64,000 nt of DNA from assembly GCA_951406725.2 (NCBI GenBank), contig OX597820.1:77562001-77626000 (forward strand), given 5' to 3'. Shown here piece by piece: positions 40,932 to 54,524 of this stretch. This stretch comes from Octopus vulgaris (taxonomy: Eukaryota). Position 1 is the first letter of the stretch; each line of letters opens with the position of its first letter. The notes under the pieces are model-generated. The model ran no database searches. It saw nothing but the letters and a program-made list of their open reading frames with translations, and was not told where the DNA came from. A program made the position numbers and the translations under genes.

Positions 40932-43624
40932 GAGGGGAAATATCAATATTAAATGAACTAATATGTCGAAATGATGTAAGATCCAGAACAGGAAGAAAGA
41001 TGAAGAGAAAATTTGGATCCTCACCAAGAGAAGAACTGATATCAATAAAAGAAACGCTGAAACAAAAAGTCCAAGCAAAAGCCCAAAGAATACGAAGATT
41101 TGAGAAGAGAAACAAGTTTTACAAGCAAAATAAGCTGTTCACATCCAATGCCAAAAAATTCTACAGAGAAATAGGGAAGGAGAAAGTAACTGTTAAAGAC
41201 CCCCCTCCCATGGAAGAAGTTCAAAACTTTTGGAAAAGGATTTGGAGTGACAAGAAGACGTACAACATAAATGCAGACTGGATTATACAAACTGAAGGAT
41301 CCTACCAAAATTTACAACAACAAGCATGGGAAGACATCACATTAGCACTTACGAAGGCCCATAATTGGAAATCCCCCGGTAAAGATAGGGTGCCGAATTT
41401 CTGGCTCGCATCGCTCCCATGCGCACACGGTAAGCTAGTTCGGCTGCTCAATGAAATTATGAGAGACCCAAAGAAAACACCTGAATGGTTAGCAAGTGGC
41501 ATTACTTACCTACTCCCAAAGAATAACGAAACCAACCTTCCAAAAAACTATCGGCCTATAACCTGTCTATCCACCACGTATAAAATCCTAACATCTATCT
41601 TGGCGGAGAAAACATGTGCATTCATGGAGAAGAACGATATTTTCCCCATTGAACAAAAAGGGTGCCGCCGAGGCTCTTACGGATGCAAAGATCAACTGCT
41701 AATCAATCGTATGATCCTTGAGAACTGTCACAACAAGCGCAGAAATCTCAGCACCGCATGGATTGACTATAAAAAGGCCTTCGACAGTATACCGCATCCA
41801 TGGATCTTGAGATCGCTGGACATCTTCAAAATTTCCCCTGTGATTTCAAACTTCCTGAAGCACAATATGTCGTTGTGGAATACGAATCTCCAATTATACC
41901 ACTCTAATGGAGTACTTGCCTCAGAAAATATAAACATCAACTGCGGAATTTTTCAAGGTGACTCACTTTCACCTTTAATATTCTGCATAGCCCTAATACC
42001 CCTTACAAGTGAATTAAACAGAACAGGGTATGGGTATAAAATTGCCAATAACAAAATAAGCCATCTATTTTATATGGATGACTTAAAACTTTATGGTAAA
42101 GACAATAATGAACTTGAAGGCCTATTGCGCACCGTGAAAGCATTCAGCGATGACATCGGGATGAAGTTTGGACTTGAGAAGTGTGCCAAGGCCACTTTCC
42201 AGAAAGGGAAAGTGAAGACCACAAATTCAGTCGTGTTAGATGTTGACACAGTCATAAGAGAGCTTGAGCAAGAACAAACATACAAATATTTAGGGATAAA
42301 TGAAGGCTCTGGTATTCAGCATGCAAGCATGAAAGAGAAGATCAGGAAGGAATGTTATAGGAGAGTTCGTGCAGTCCTGAAATCTGAACTAAATGCACGT
42401 AACAAGGTGTTAGCTATAAATTCCTTAGCAGTTCCAGTTGTTACTTATAGCTACAATGTGTTGAACTGGAATATGAGTGAAGTAAAGAATATAGATAGGA
42501 AAATACGCAAGCTGCTGAGTTGTAATAGGATGCACCACCCAAAGGCAGACATAGATCGCCTTTACCTTCCCAGAGCCCAAGGAGGTCGAGGCCTGATCCA
42601 ATTTGAACTAGCTTACAAAACAACCAGAATTGGACTGGCCAAATATCTCGAAATATCGAATGACTGGATGCTAAAGCTCGTGGAAAATCACGAGAGACGA
42701 AAGAAGCTTCATTCTATCATCAAGGAAAGCAAAAACTTTGCTATTGATCTCGTGCAGGATACCCAAACTGAACAACCCGAGGGAAGTACGGCAACTATTG
42801 TTGCAAAGAAGGTGAAAATGATGGCAATGAAAAAAGCGCACGAGCAATTGGCTGATAGGTGGGAGGAGAAACCTCTGCACGGCAAATATGTGACCCGCAG
42901 CAAACAAGCTGATGTTGACCAGAAGCAAACCCATCAGTGGCTGCGGAGCTCAGGGCTAAAATCAGAGAGCGAAGGTTTCATCCTGGCTGCTCAAGACCAA
43001 AGCCTATTAACCCGGAACTACCAGGCCAATGTGATGAAAAATGGAGCAGACCCAAAATGCCGATTCTGCAACGACATGATTGAAACAGTGGACCACCTAA
43101 TCTCTGGATGTAAAGTCTTATCACCAGTGGAGTATAAATTAAGACATGACAGAGTTGGCCAATATCTCCACTGGCTAATAAGTCGGCATTACAATATCAA
43201 AACTGCCGGCAAGTGGTATAATCACTACCCCGAGGCTGTAACTGAAGGAGAAAATGTAACCATTCTGTGGGACTTTCCAGTACATACAGACCGAACCATC
43301 AAGGCCAATAAACCAGATATTGTTGTGAAAGACCAAAACAATAAAGTTTGCTTATTGATCGACATGAGCATCCCCTGTGATCATAATATCTCAGCGAAAG
43401 AGTTTGACAAGCTCAGAAAATATAAAGACCTACTCATTGAAATTGAGAAAATGTGGCATCTCAAGGCGGTTACAATACCAGTGATCGTAGGAGCACTAGG
43501 AATGATCAAGAAGGGAACCGAAAATTATATGAGAATGATCCTTGGCTTACCATCCCTGCAAGAAGTGCAAAAGATTGTCTTAACTGGTACATCACACGTA
43601 TTGAGAAGAGCATTGTCGATGTGA
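40928..43624 (+). CDS. Reverse transcriptase, CCHC zinc knuckle and restriction-like endonuclease (898 aa)
   Basis: NWKSPGKD, NYRPITCL, EQKGC, DYKKAFDS, GIFQGDSLSP, YMDDLK, YKYLG, RLYLPR..GGRGL, CRFC..ETVDHLISGC, RHD, KPDIV..IDMS..K..KY. Confidence 0.97.
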   Translation: MRGEISILNELICRNDVRSRTGRKMKRKFGSSPREELISIKETLKQKVQAKAQRIRRFEKRNKFYKQNKLFTSNAKKFYREIGKEKVTVKDPPPMEEVQNFWKRIWSDKKTYNINADWIIQTEGSYQNLQQQAWEDITLALTKAHNWKSPGKDRVPNFWLASLPCAHGKLVRLLNEIMRDPKKTPEWLASGITYLLPKNNETNLPKNYRPITCLSTTYKILTSILAEKTCAFMEKNDIFPIEQKGCRRGSYGCKDQLLINRMILENCHNKRRNLSTAWIDYKKAFDSIPHPWILRSLDIFKISPVISNFLKHNMSLWNTNLQLYHSNGVLASENININCGIFQGDSLSPLIFCIALIPLTSELNRTGYGYKIANNKISHLFYMDDLKLYGKDNNELEGLLRTVKAFSDDIGMKFGLEKCAKATFQKGKVKTTNSVVLDVDTVIRELEQEQTYKYLGINEGSGIQHASMKEKIRKECYRRVRAVLKSELNARNKVLAINSLAVPVVTYSYNVLNWNMSEVKNIDRKIRKLLSCNRMHHPKADIDRLYLPRAQGGRGLIQFELAYKTTRIGLAKYLEISNDWMLKLVENHERRKKLHSIIKESKNFAIDLVQDTQTEQPEGSTATIVAKKVKMMAMKKAHEQLADRWEEKPLHGKYVTRSKQADVDQKQTHQWLRSSGLKSESEGFILAAQDQSLLTRNYQANVMKNGADPKCRFCNDMIETVDHLISGCKVLSPVEYKLRHDRVGQYLHWLISRHYNIKTAGKWYNHYPEAVTEGENVTILWDFPVHTDRTIKANKPDIVVKDQNNKVCLLIDMSIPCDHNISAKEFDKLRKYKDLLIEIEKMWHLKAVTIPVIVGALGMIKKGTENYMRMILGLPSLQEVQKIVLTGTSHVLRRALSM

Positions 43625-44221
43625 GAACTGTTGCTGCTCATGTATTTTAATTTAACTTAAAAAAAAATTTAAAAAAATTAACGAACTACTGAGTTTGGTT
43701 TAATGGCCTACCAATGAATACTATGAGTTTCTTTGCCCTAGGAGTCGAGAAGACACTCGGCAAGAAATGGAAGCAAATTTGAAAGAAGAAAAAAAAAGTA
43801 ATAATAATAATAATAATGAATAAATAAATAAATGAAATTTCTAAATTCCTTCGGAATTTGAGATCTCAGAAGGGCTGATGCTGTGATGAGAGTACGACAC
43901 CCTTTGACAAAAACAGACTGGACCACTGTATATGAATAGTAGCGGTCTGATGTAGTCGGCATTTCGTATTTTCGTCTTCGAAGACTAGGTACAGTTTACA
44001 GTTGGAGTTAGTGCGTTGGAATTATTGATTGATGGTTTGTAAGAGATAGTTGGTTCGTTGCTTGTTTGTTACTGCCGCTGTTTCTATTTCGCATGGATAT
44101 AACACTGTTACAGTGTATTGCTTACTTATCGTCGACAATATCAACCGCACTACGATACTGGAGGTGTAAGGATATAACAGTACTCCAGTGTCACTTTCGT
44201 GGTACGCATTGCTCTCTCACC

Positions 44222-44268
<47 letters not shown>

Positions 44269-44331
44269 GTAATAATAACAATAATAATAATAACAACAAC
44301 ACTAATAATAATAACAATAAAAATAATAATA

Positions 44332-44363
<32 letters not shown>

Positions 44364-44950
44364 GATTATTATTATTATTATTATTATTATAATAATAATT
44401 ATTATTATTATTATTATTATTATCATAATGTATGAAGATATTATTCCAAAATTAGAAATGATCTTTATGCAACAGACTGCAGATTGTTTTATTTACAACA
44501 CAAGAATAATAAAACTTGAAATAAGGACAGGAATATAGTAAATCAAAAATTTAACAACACTATTCTCCCTTCTTTCGTATTCGATAGAAGAAAATGAAAA
44601 TAGATTAGGCAGTTTCATGTGTCCTAAACAAGAAATAAGAATGTAAGCGAAAACTTAATCAATAATCTTCGCGTCTGCAATAGAAAATATTCACTTCAGG
44701 TTAAGAAGAAAATTATGATTTAGTGCCCGAAGAAAAAGGGTGAGAAATTACGAAGCAGAGACTTGGTTACGAAACGTTACGCAAAATGTTGAATGTTATT
44801 AAAGCAACGCTGTGCACTAACACATTCCCACACTTTCACACACGCATACATACATACATATATACATACATACATAATACATACATACAAACATACATAT
44901 TTACCTATATACACACATATATGCATATATATTTATATATACACACACAT

Positions 44951-44993
<43 letters not shown>

Positions 44994-45108
44994 TGAGAAA
45001 GTTGGTGTGTGAATATATATATATATATATATATAATATATATATTACACAGAATGAGATAATAAATCCAAGGCTGTGGGGAGATCTCAGGACATTTACA
45101 TTGATACA

Positions 45109-45156
45109 ATCTTACAGCTGTTTCTGGGATATTGTGGATATCACTTCATGAGAGAC
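45109..45156 (-). ncRNA. Hammerhead relic (core mutated to CUCAUGA)
   Basis: Minus strand GUCU-CUCAUGA-A-GUGAUAU CCACA AUAUCCC-A-GAAAC-AGCU-GUA-AGAU; palindromic stem III ACAGCUGU. Confidence 0.6.
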
Positions 45157-45168
45157 TTGTAACTATAG

Positions 45169-45217
<49 letters not shown>

Positions 45218-47073
45218 CTATACGCACGCGTATTCGTACAGAAATTCGTACATATACATATACATAAACATAAACACATGTACATTCACACGGATATGCA
45301 AACAGCAATATATATACAGATACACACATTTTCACGGACCGAAATAAGAGAAAAAACATACAATAATTCAAAGAAGTTAAAATTTTATATAACTAAAATA
45401 TGAAAGTTCTTATCACGTTTGATGCAGGATACGCTACGACACTGTTTGATGAGATAGTTTTAAAATTATTTTCGGAAAATTTTATATACCCCTGTGAGCA
45501 TATTGCCGGGATATCTAATGTTCAGGAAAGCGAGAGTCAGATACTTTTTAATCTAAATCTTTAGCTGGGGTTTTCAAATTGTAAACTTAATTGATTTCGT
45601 TGTCAGCCAGTTTTGAAGAGAAGTTCTTACCACTAGAGTTGCGTAAATTTATCACTTAGATGTTTGTTGGAAATATGAATTTTGTTTCCTCTTTGTTGTT
45701 TATTAAGGTTTCTCCTGAGGTCAAATTTTGTGTCGCCTTGAAGAAATTATCCTCCCTCAAACATTGCTGGGGTTATTTTCTCGTTTTCTCGTCCATATGT
45801 GATTTGTGAAATTTCAACTGTAATTATTATTTCTCCTTTATGGAACGAAGATGTTTCAAAATATGTCGATACTACTGAGACACCGAAATTCTTGCTATTC
45901 ATTTCATCATTATCGTTTTCCGTCTTTTTCTTCCCAATTCTTCTGGAGGTTCAGTATTAGCCACATCAGATGGCGCAAACCGGACTCTGTTATTGATATT
46001 ATGCCGTTCGTATCGGGGTCACTAACTTGTCACATCTCAGAGGAATTCTGATGATTTTAGAACTTCTAAATACTTTTTCACTCACCCGCATCGCACAATT
46101 TAGCCCTACTCTATCCCCTAACACTTAAGATATAAAATGTGACTACTGGCCCTGGGTGTACATTATTTCCTATGTCTCTTATTATGAATATATGTTTCTT
46201 TGACCACATACTGGTTGTGGTGGGGCACTTACTCATCCAGAGATATGTATGGCAAATTCACTTTGTTTTGATTTCCTCTTCTGTTTTAAAAAAAAGATAA
46301 CTGAAATTGCTATAAGCTTTGATTTTTTCACATTGAAAGCTTTCTCCAAATCGATTAATATCTGTTTATTGTCTCTGTCTCTAGGGCATAAAAAGACTAT
46401 CTTGCGTTTTAATAGATGATGGCATTAATTGAAATTTTCATGGGAATCTAGAGCATTCATACTTCTAATTTAGACTAAGACGCATGCTTCTATACACGAA
46501 GTACTATTTTGCACTATTGTGAATGAATTTCATTCCTACCTGTCAAAGTATATTACAGTGTCTAGTACTAAATCTCGAGACATTAGGCATAAAACATTTC
46601 TATTTATTCAAAAAATTGCATATTGTTTTAAATATGAAAAAAAATTACACACAACGTTAAACAAGTTGAACTCATTAAAACCGGATCCAGTTCACAGAAA
46701 TATGACTTTCTTATCTATAATAGTAATACATCAAATAAAAAAAACTTTTAGTCGTAAAACACAAGAACGTATACACTAAAACATAGAATTCCGTTTTTTC
46801 ATTGCTTCTTCCCAACCACCACACTAATGTTATTTAAAGGTTATATATGTATAGCTCACATTAAGTATACTTATACTGATATATTTTCAGTTGAACTATA
46901 ATTCAAATACATTTATTCTGTGAAAATATTTATTTGTATTTTTCATGCCTTTAAGCACAGGATAAAACCATTTGCCACGTATGTTAAAGTTAAATTTTTT
47001 TAAAATTATAATATAGATGTATACAAAAAACATTAACGCATTTTCAACCGTATCTCGGAATTTCAACACACAG

Positions 47074-47131
<58 letters not shown>

Positions 47132-47313
47132 ACACACACACACACACAAACACACATGCACACACACTGGGGTAAATAGCAGGTTTATAAAATACGGGAT
47201 GACTCTGTGTACTCGCTGCCAACTCACCAGTGCTGCAAGAATTTAACTGCTATAAACTAAAAATATAATACATATGTATTTGTACCAATCCATAGGGATG
47301 TGCACGTTAACAT

Positions 47314-47344
<31 letters not shown>

Positions 47345-47346
47345 GG

Positions 47347-47380
<34 letters not shown>

Positions 47381-47421
47381 TAGATAGATCGATAGATAGA
47401 TAGACAGATAGATAGACAGAC

Positions 47422-47569
<148 letters not shown>

Positions 47570-48562
47570 GGATAGATGCGTAAAATTTTCATAAATAAAT
47601 ATTTTAATGAAACAATATTTAAAGTAATGTTAATGATATCACTGTCATGTTTTCAAATCAAATGGTTGAAAGCTTATATTATGATCCCATATCTATAGCC
47701 GTAATGCAAATTTTATATCTTGTTTGTTGAAGACTTGTAATAGAATAGGATGAATATACAATATGACAAAATTGCAGGCATTTCACTGGTTTCAGATGAG
47801 GCTGTGTATAATGGTTGCACGAATCCAGTAGAATGTTTCAATATCATTTCACTGAGAGTACGTGCATAACCCATGCCATTCGATTGGACAAATTTTTCAT
47901 ATCACTGCCCGATAAATTAATCATAAATAACCAGATGCTGGATATGTTTATACGGGATATATTTAATAGAAGATAGCGTATACACCGCGAAATAAGGTTT
48001 CTAATTTGATCATCGTAGTTAATCAAACCATCATTGCTATTCGTGAAGTGTGGTTTCACATAGAAGCAGCACCTGCCATTTACACTACCTTCAAAAGAAT
48101 TTCACACTAGTTTTTCGTTATTTTAAACAAACTGAACAAACATCAAAAAATAACGTACGACTCGTGTTCCACTCAATAACGGTTACACACAAGAGTGCAA
48201 CATTCATCAGATGTTGTAAAAACATATATTATTAGCGAGCCCATTCTGCAGCAATATATATTGACACAGAATAACACATTTACATACGTACCTTAACATC
48301 TTTCTAACTCACGTCTCTTTCTCTAAATAGTACATGTATTCACTTTTAGTATCTCACTCCTTTTTGACCCTGAGTAATGGCTAAATCCACCCAGGACCAT
48401 CATATACATGTTTCTTCCCAACAGAAAATTAAGGACCTGTCATCGACCATAAGACAATAAATCAGAATAGACTGGACTCGATGTTAAACACTTAAGAAGC
48501 ATAATCAAAATCGAGCAGACTGAATGAACAGAAAAGGTTGTGTTTGTTGTATATATATATAA

Positions 48563-48593
<31 letters not shown>

Positions 48594-49049
48594 TGTATGT
48601 ATGTATGTATGTATGTATGTATGTGTGTGTGTGTGTGCGTGTTTGAGTGTATATGTGTGTGCACGTGTGTGTGTGTTTGAGTGTGTGCGCATATGTGTAT
48701 GAATGTGTCCATCAGCGTTGAGAAAAATACACAGACGTGCAGTCATATGGAAGACTTTTGCGCACAATCCGTTCTGAAATATCCTGTCTCTACGAATGCA
48801 TTCTTGGGATAATGTGATCCTCGTATATACTATGTGTACGAACACATTGGAATATATACGATGTGGTCGGAACGTAGGACCTATGTGTTTCAGTGTGGCT
48901 GCGCATCGTAAGCTAGAGGTATCAATCCCTCCTTATGAGCCCTGTAAGAACAATACTTCTTACACTTAAGGACAACACATACGTTTAATATATATATATA
49001 TATCGATTTCTTGTGAATTAAATGCATGAAGGTATATCTATTTCTCACG

Positions 49050-49370
49050 TGGTAATTAGCTTGCTTACCAACCACATAGTTTCGAGTCCAGTCCCACTGC
49101 GTGGCACCTTGGGCAGGTGTCTTCTACTATAGCCTAGGGCCGACCAAAGCCTTGTGAGTGGATTTGGTAGATGGAATATATATATATATGTATGTGTGTG
49201 TATGTTTATGTGTCTGTGCTTGTCCCCCCAGTATTGCTTGACAACCGATGCTAGTGTGTTTACGACCGATAGAATACGTACTAGGCTCATTTTCTAGACT
49301 AGAGGCGGTGCTCCAGTATGGCCACAGTCACATGACTGAAACAAGTAAAAGAGTAAAGAGTAAGAGAGTT
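49050..49370 (+). mobile_element. tRNA-derived SINE (family 2)
   Basis: tggtaattagcttgcttaccaaccac..gtcccactgcgtggcaccttgggc..gactgaaacaagtaaaagag. Confidence 0.85.
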
Positions 49371-49980
49371 TCCAGAATAGAAAACGGGAATATGTCTTTA
49401 TTTCAAACACTACAAACTAAGGGTTAATTATATAAAAGTCATTGCTTCCTACGTCTGTCTAGTTACTGTTGATTTAACGACTATTTAACAAGATGTAGAC
49501 GGCAACGGTTTGTTAAATTTATTAGTCGTAGCAACAAGGAAAGCACAATTTAAGACAATTGATTTCATGAACCGCAGTATCTTTTGTCTAATAATTATAA
49601 GTCTCGAAAAGATTCTACTTTTTACTTAACTGAAAGAAACTTTATTATTTTTCCTTTGTATTCTATGAAAGAAGACTGATGGCCTTAACTGAAATCTCAT
49701 CTGTTTAAGGAAATAAATATCGTATCCTTTTCGAGGAAATACGCAATGACTTAGCCCACAAACGCAATATAGTCTTTCGTATTTCATTACATATTGATTT
49801 CTTTCAACAATAGTGCACTTGGTCACAGGGATTTAAAGAGGAAAATCATTGCTTCAATGCATCATTTGATATTTTCCGTGAGATTATAACTGGAACAGGA
49901 TAACTATCTTTAGCCTCATTTCTTTCGAATTTCCTGTTGATAAATTCTCACGACGACATTTGCACATTTAATATGTGACA

Positions 49981-50020
<40 letters not shown>

Positions 50021-50203
50021 GTGTGTGTGTGTAAGTATGTATATATATATATATATATATATATAAATTATAATTTGGGGTCTATTTCTAGGCAGATGGA
50101 GTTTTAATCATTCACCACCCTTATTATAATTATAATATAAATTAACCATTATGGTACTTTTAGTATGTTGGCCACTGATAAATCATTAAATAATTACTTT
50201 ATC

Positions 50204-50236
<33 letters not shown>

Positions 50237-51198
50237 TACAGAAACAGAGACTGAGGGGACGAGGGATAGTAAGAGAGCAACACACACACACGTAGATATA
50301 TATACTTAAATACGCGCACATATATATGCGCTTGTGTGTGTGCATGTGTGTATGTGTGTACATATGTATATTCACTTACCTATGCGCGCGTTAATTGTGG
50401 TGTTTTTTCTCATATGATTTCCGCTCACACTATTGACCTACGTGTTTCCTTCCTGCAATTTGCTGTGCATTATCGTCTAAAATGTTCCTCTCTTCATTAG
50501 ATACATATTATCTTTAATTTTCTAGGTTTCTGTCGACCCCGTTGAATCCCTTATAAGATGATTGTTTCGAAGTGGGGCTGGTTTTATTCCCAGCGCCTTG
50601 GGTAGGCCTATAAATCGAAAATGAATTTTGTAAAAAGAATTCTCGTAGAGCAATATTACATTCGAGTGTGAGAAACAAAATCTCAAAGGTCTTCAATATT
50701 CCGATGTTTTTAATATTTATGGTACTGCTTACAGGAAAATATTTGTAATCGTGTGATTAGTATCATATGGTTTGAAGCAGCGTATATTTTACTCAATGAA
50801 CTATGCATGATGCGCTGCTGTAAATTACAGTTTATTCCTTATAGAGCAAACGAGAAAAATAAACTTGAGAAACAGAATAGTACCAATTCAAAAGTTTAAC
50901 AGAGAGCATTTATTGTTTCCTGAAAACAACAATGCATCACAACTATAGCAACTATAGAATCAAGTTTAAGCAAGTTTCTCCTACATCTTACGTTGCCCGA
51001 CTTTTGTACCAAAAGGGACATGCCCCAATAAAAGAAGGTTGAACGTTGTAGCAGACAGTTAGAAAAGAATATGTATTAAACATGATAATTAATGGTTGCA
51101 TCTCATGGACGTTGACACACATTATATCTATAAATATATATAAACCTGCTCCATCCACAAGTTATTTTAATTATATCTCTACATATTTTGTCTTATTC

Positions 51199-51234
51199 CT
51201 TTCTGTTGAAGAGCGTAGGCTCGAAACGTAAAAG
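51199..51234 (+). ncRNA. Minimal hammerhead-like motif, CUGUUGA core
   Basis: CUUU-CUGUUGA-A-GAGC GUAG GCUC-GAAAC-GUA-AAAG; 4-bp stems I and II, palindromic ACGU. Confidence 0.7.
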
Positions 51235-51361
51235 ACTTTATCACTTCCCCGAGCATCAAATTAATACACCTGCTTGTTGTTCATACAACCATCTTCGTCT
51301 TTTGTTTTTCTGTAAATTTCAATTATATCTATATATATATATATGTGTGTATATATATATA

Positions 51362-51501
<140 letters not shown>

Positions 51502-52199
51502 GCGACTCCATGTCACTCGAGGCTATCACAGACTTCGCATACGACACATGTAACAAAAGAAGGTACGAGACATAATGCCCACCCCAGACTTATATGTGCA
51601 CGGATAATTTAACATTGCGACAGACATATACTTTTAATAAGTCTTTCTCCATTTCTAAGTTAGGAGTAAAAAATATAGCAACCCTGCAAAACACAACTGT
51701 CCTTTACACACAGACGCACAGGAATCAAATAACGACACTGGAGTGCCCAACAAACATCATGATCTGACTGTCACCTGTACTCTTGACAAGAGATACTAGT
51801 TATTAGCTGAAAATACATACTCGAAATCAGTGTCGGCAGAAAATATATCAGCTTGCAAATACACACGTTCACATTTCTAAATATTATAAATAAAAATTTC
51901 AATTAAAATCTATGTGTTATCGATATGATGGGGCTTTTTATCTCTTGAGAAAAACTGACTGAGACAACCGATGGGATTACGTCTTCTCGCCTTCAATACG
52001 CTGATTATGCGGCTATCGGAGAATCCACTCATGAAAAATCTAAATGATCTCTCAGCTAAGTTATTTAATGTCTACACTTATATTGAAATTGAAGTCGATC
52101 TACAACAGTCAAACATCGTATCGCGATTTACGTATGATATACACACCTTTACCAGTTTATGATGAAATTTATAACAAATTCGAACCAGAAAGCGTTATA

Positions 52200-53560
52200 C
52201 CACTGCATCAAATACACGCCCAAGACATTCGCCTTGCGCATGTTGCTTCGAAATAATTATGGTAAATGAATTTATGTTGTGATTAATCAAGCTATGGACA
52301 CAGCACGTGGTTTACAGATTGTTTGTATTGATACAATACTTCTGTAGATACTGTTGAGAAATATGGTAGGTTTATCGTAAGGAATTTCAAAGAGAAAAAT
52401 GCTTTCATCTGACAATACCCTGAACTATGATGTGCAGTAACTAGCAAGTCATAATTCCAATTACCGAAATTCTTAAAAGGAGAAGCCTTAAGAGACTTGA
52501 ATGAAGCGTGTAATATCGCCACATGGGTTGATCATTTTAAAACCCTATCAACTCTTCAATTGACAAAGGCATTTATTACAAAGATTTTCAAGAGGTATCG
52601 CGACCATTATTACCTCTGGAGCTAGATACACTAAGAGACAAAGTGAACATATTACAAGATCAGTTTCAGACGATCGTTTTCAATACTTACACAAGCATTG
52701 CTGTTCGCATTCTAATGTTTTATTTTCTTCGAAGATTAAGTTAGTGGTTAAATTGGTTGAATTTTTCTTCTGTTAAAATGTATTTAGATTCCACACGTAT
52801 CAGACACAGTATGCCGTATGAATTTGAAAAGTAGCTTTTCAATAATTGAAGACCCAAGGACAATTCGTCCTTTCTATGGAAATGAAGCTTTAAGTGTCTG
52901 GCTAACGAAACAGGCAAAACTTTCATAGGCAAAGCAATTTTCTTCCGTGAAATTCTGCCTCTCTCAGATATTTCTCGATATCGACGATCAAATTCTGTCA
53001 GTACTGAGTTCCTGAAAACCGTAGTTATGATAAAAACCCAAGCAAACAGCACGGGAATTTGCAAAATAGAACAATTAAAATCACACTTCGAAAATGAAAT
53101 ACCTTAATGATCAAAGAAATGTGTCTATATTTGGTCAGTATGCCCCTCATCATCAGACCATTTCTCAGCTTAATTAAAGTGTTGTTCTCTACTGCCGAGC
53201 CATTGCAGTGCAGAAATATCAAATGTGATGAAATGTGTTTTATATATAGTCATAGCCAACGAAATCAACGATGTTAAGCACCCAATGAAAACGGAGAATC
53301 CGAAAATATACTTTCAGTTTGGTTGAATATGAAAGGTGTCATCCATCATAAATACTTAAAGCAAAACGAAACAATTGTATAGAAGTATTGTAGTGAACTG
53401 GAAGTGTTGCTCCAGAACTGCAGGAAAAACGCCCATCATTGCTCAGTGGTTGGTGGCTGTGCCTCTTATACCATAATAAAGATATTGTATATTGCCCCGT
53501 TCAGAAAAAGAGTGTGGCACTAAAAAATGGAAGTCATGCCTCATCTTGCTTCCTCATTTT
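52200..53560. mobile_element. Decayed mariner transposase relics (minus ~52200-53200; plus ~53220-53560)
   Basis: Minus: LTEFD..ARHLK and GNWNYDLLVTAHHS; plus: MKGVIHHKYLKQNETI..LQEKRPSL..EVMPH. Confidence 0.6.
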
Positions 53561-53628
53561 GATTTTCATGTATGTGTGTAACATGATTCCAGACCATTAC
53601 ACAATTATTTACAGGAAACTTAGTTTAT

Positions 53629-53820
53629 ACAGTTCTGTATATGAGGAATTATGTATATTATTTACATTATTTACGTTTGACGGATATTTGTCCTCATCTT
53701 ATTTGTTCTTAACACAATGTTTCGGCTGATGAAGACTGGAGGGTATATCAACCGAAAATTTCAGTTAACAACAAACAAGATGAGGACAAATATCCGTCAA
53801 ATGTAAATAATGTAAACAAT
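53629..53820. mobile_element. Inverted pair of hammerhead-tail modules with a 14-bp near-TSD
   Basis: Arms ..ttgacggatatttgtcctcatctt.. and ..aagatgaggacaaatatccgtcaa..; junction at shared ctgat (53726-53730); flanks gaaacttagtttat / gaaacatagtttat. Confidence 0.85.
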
Positions 53821-53849
53821 GAAACATAGTTTATTATTATAGAGAGGCT

Positions 53850-54300
53850 AAAGGTGGGGAGCAGGCAGAATCGTTAACACCACGGACTAAATGCTTAGCG
53901 GCATTTCGTCCGTCTTTATACTTTGAGTTTAAATTCCTCCGAGGTCGACTTTGTCTTTCATCCTTTCGGGGTCGACAAAATAAGTGCGAGTTTCACATTA
54001 GAATTGATGTAACCAACTTATTCACCACGAAACCTGCTGGCCTTGTGCCAAAATTTGAAAGCCTTATTGCTAAGAGGTTAACGGCAGCCATTTTCACACC
54101 GGACAAAATGCTAAGGTGCATTTCTTTCAAATCTTTGGGTTGTGAGTTCAAATTTCACCGAGGTCGACATCACCTGTTATCCTTTCGTGGAAGATAAACG
54201 TGTTACTAGCTGAACAATTTATTCGATGGAGTCAATACTCATTTGCCCCCTCAACCCACTCCAAAAATCCAAGCCTTGATCCGATATTAGAAAGGATTAT
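53850..54300 (+). mobile_element. Two Nin-domain SINE copies in tandem
   Basis: gaggtcgactttgtctttcatcctttcggggtcgac and a more diverged second module. Confidence 0.75.
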
Positions 54301-54524
54301 TATGAAAATGTTAAAAAGTATATTGAGGGATTCTTTTTTTTCGAAATATGAAGATTTTTAAACACGATGTATGAACAATTTGCCAATTAGAATTATAGTG
54401 TTAATAATGAGAAGAAATATTATCAATTGATTTATCAATCAAGACCACAGAAGCATTTCATTCCCGTTTCGAAATGCAACCCTATTTTCTCTCTAAAATA
54501 ATATTGACAATAAAGATGCTGGAT

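Larger units (their letters stand above)
39841..43820 (+). mobile_element. Apparently full-length R4/Dong-clade non-LTR retrotransposon
   Basis: ~250 bp 5' UTR after taacaataataa, split long ORF, 3' UTR ending in A-rich sequence plus (TAA)n. Confidence 0.92.

Noticed and set aside
47195-47235. Hammerhead-like CUGGUGA..GAGUA (minus strand)
   Set aside because: Several core positions altered; cannot support
48875-48945. Hammerhead-like GAAAC..GUC (minus strand)
   Set aside because: CUGANGA half is unrecognisable
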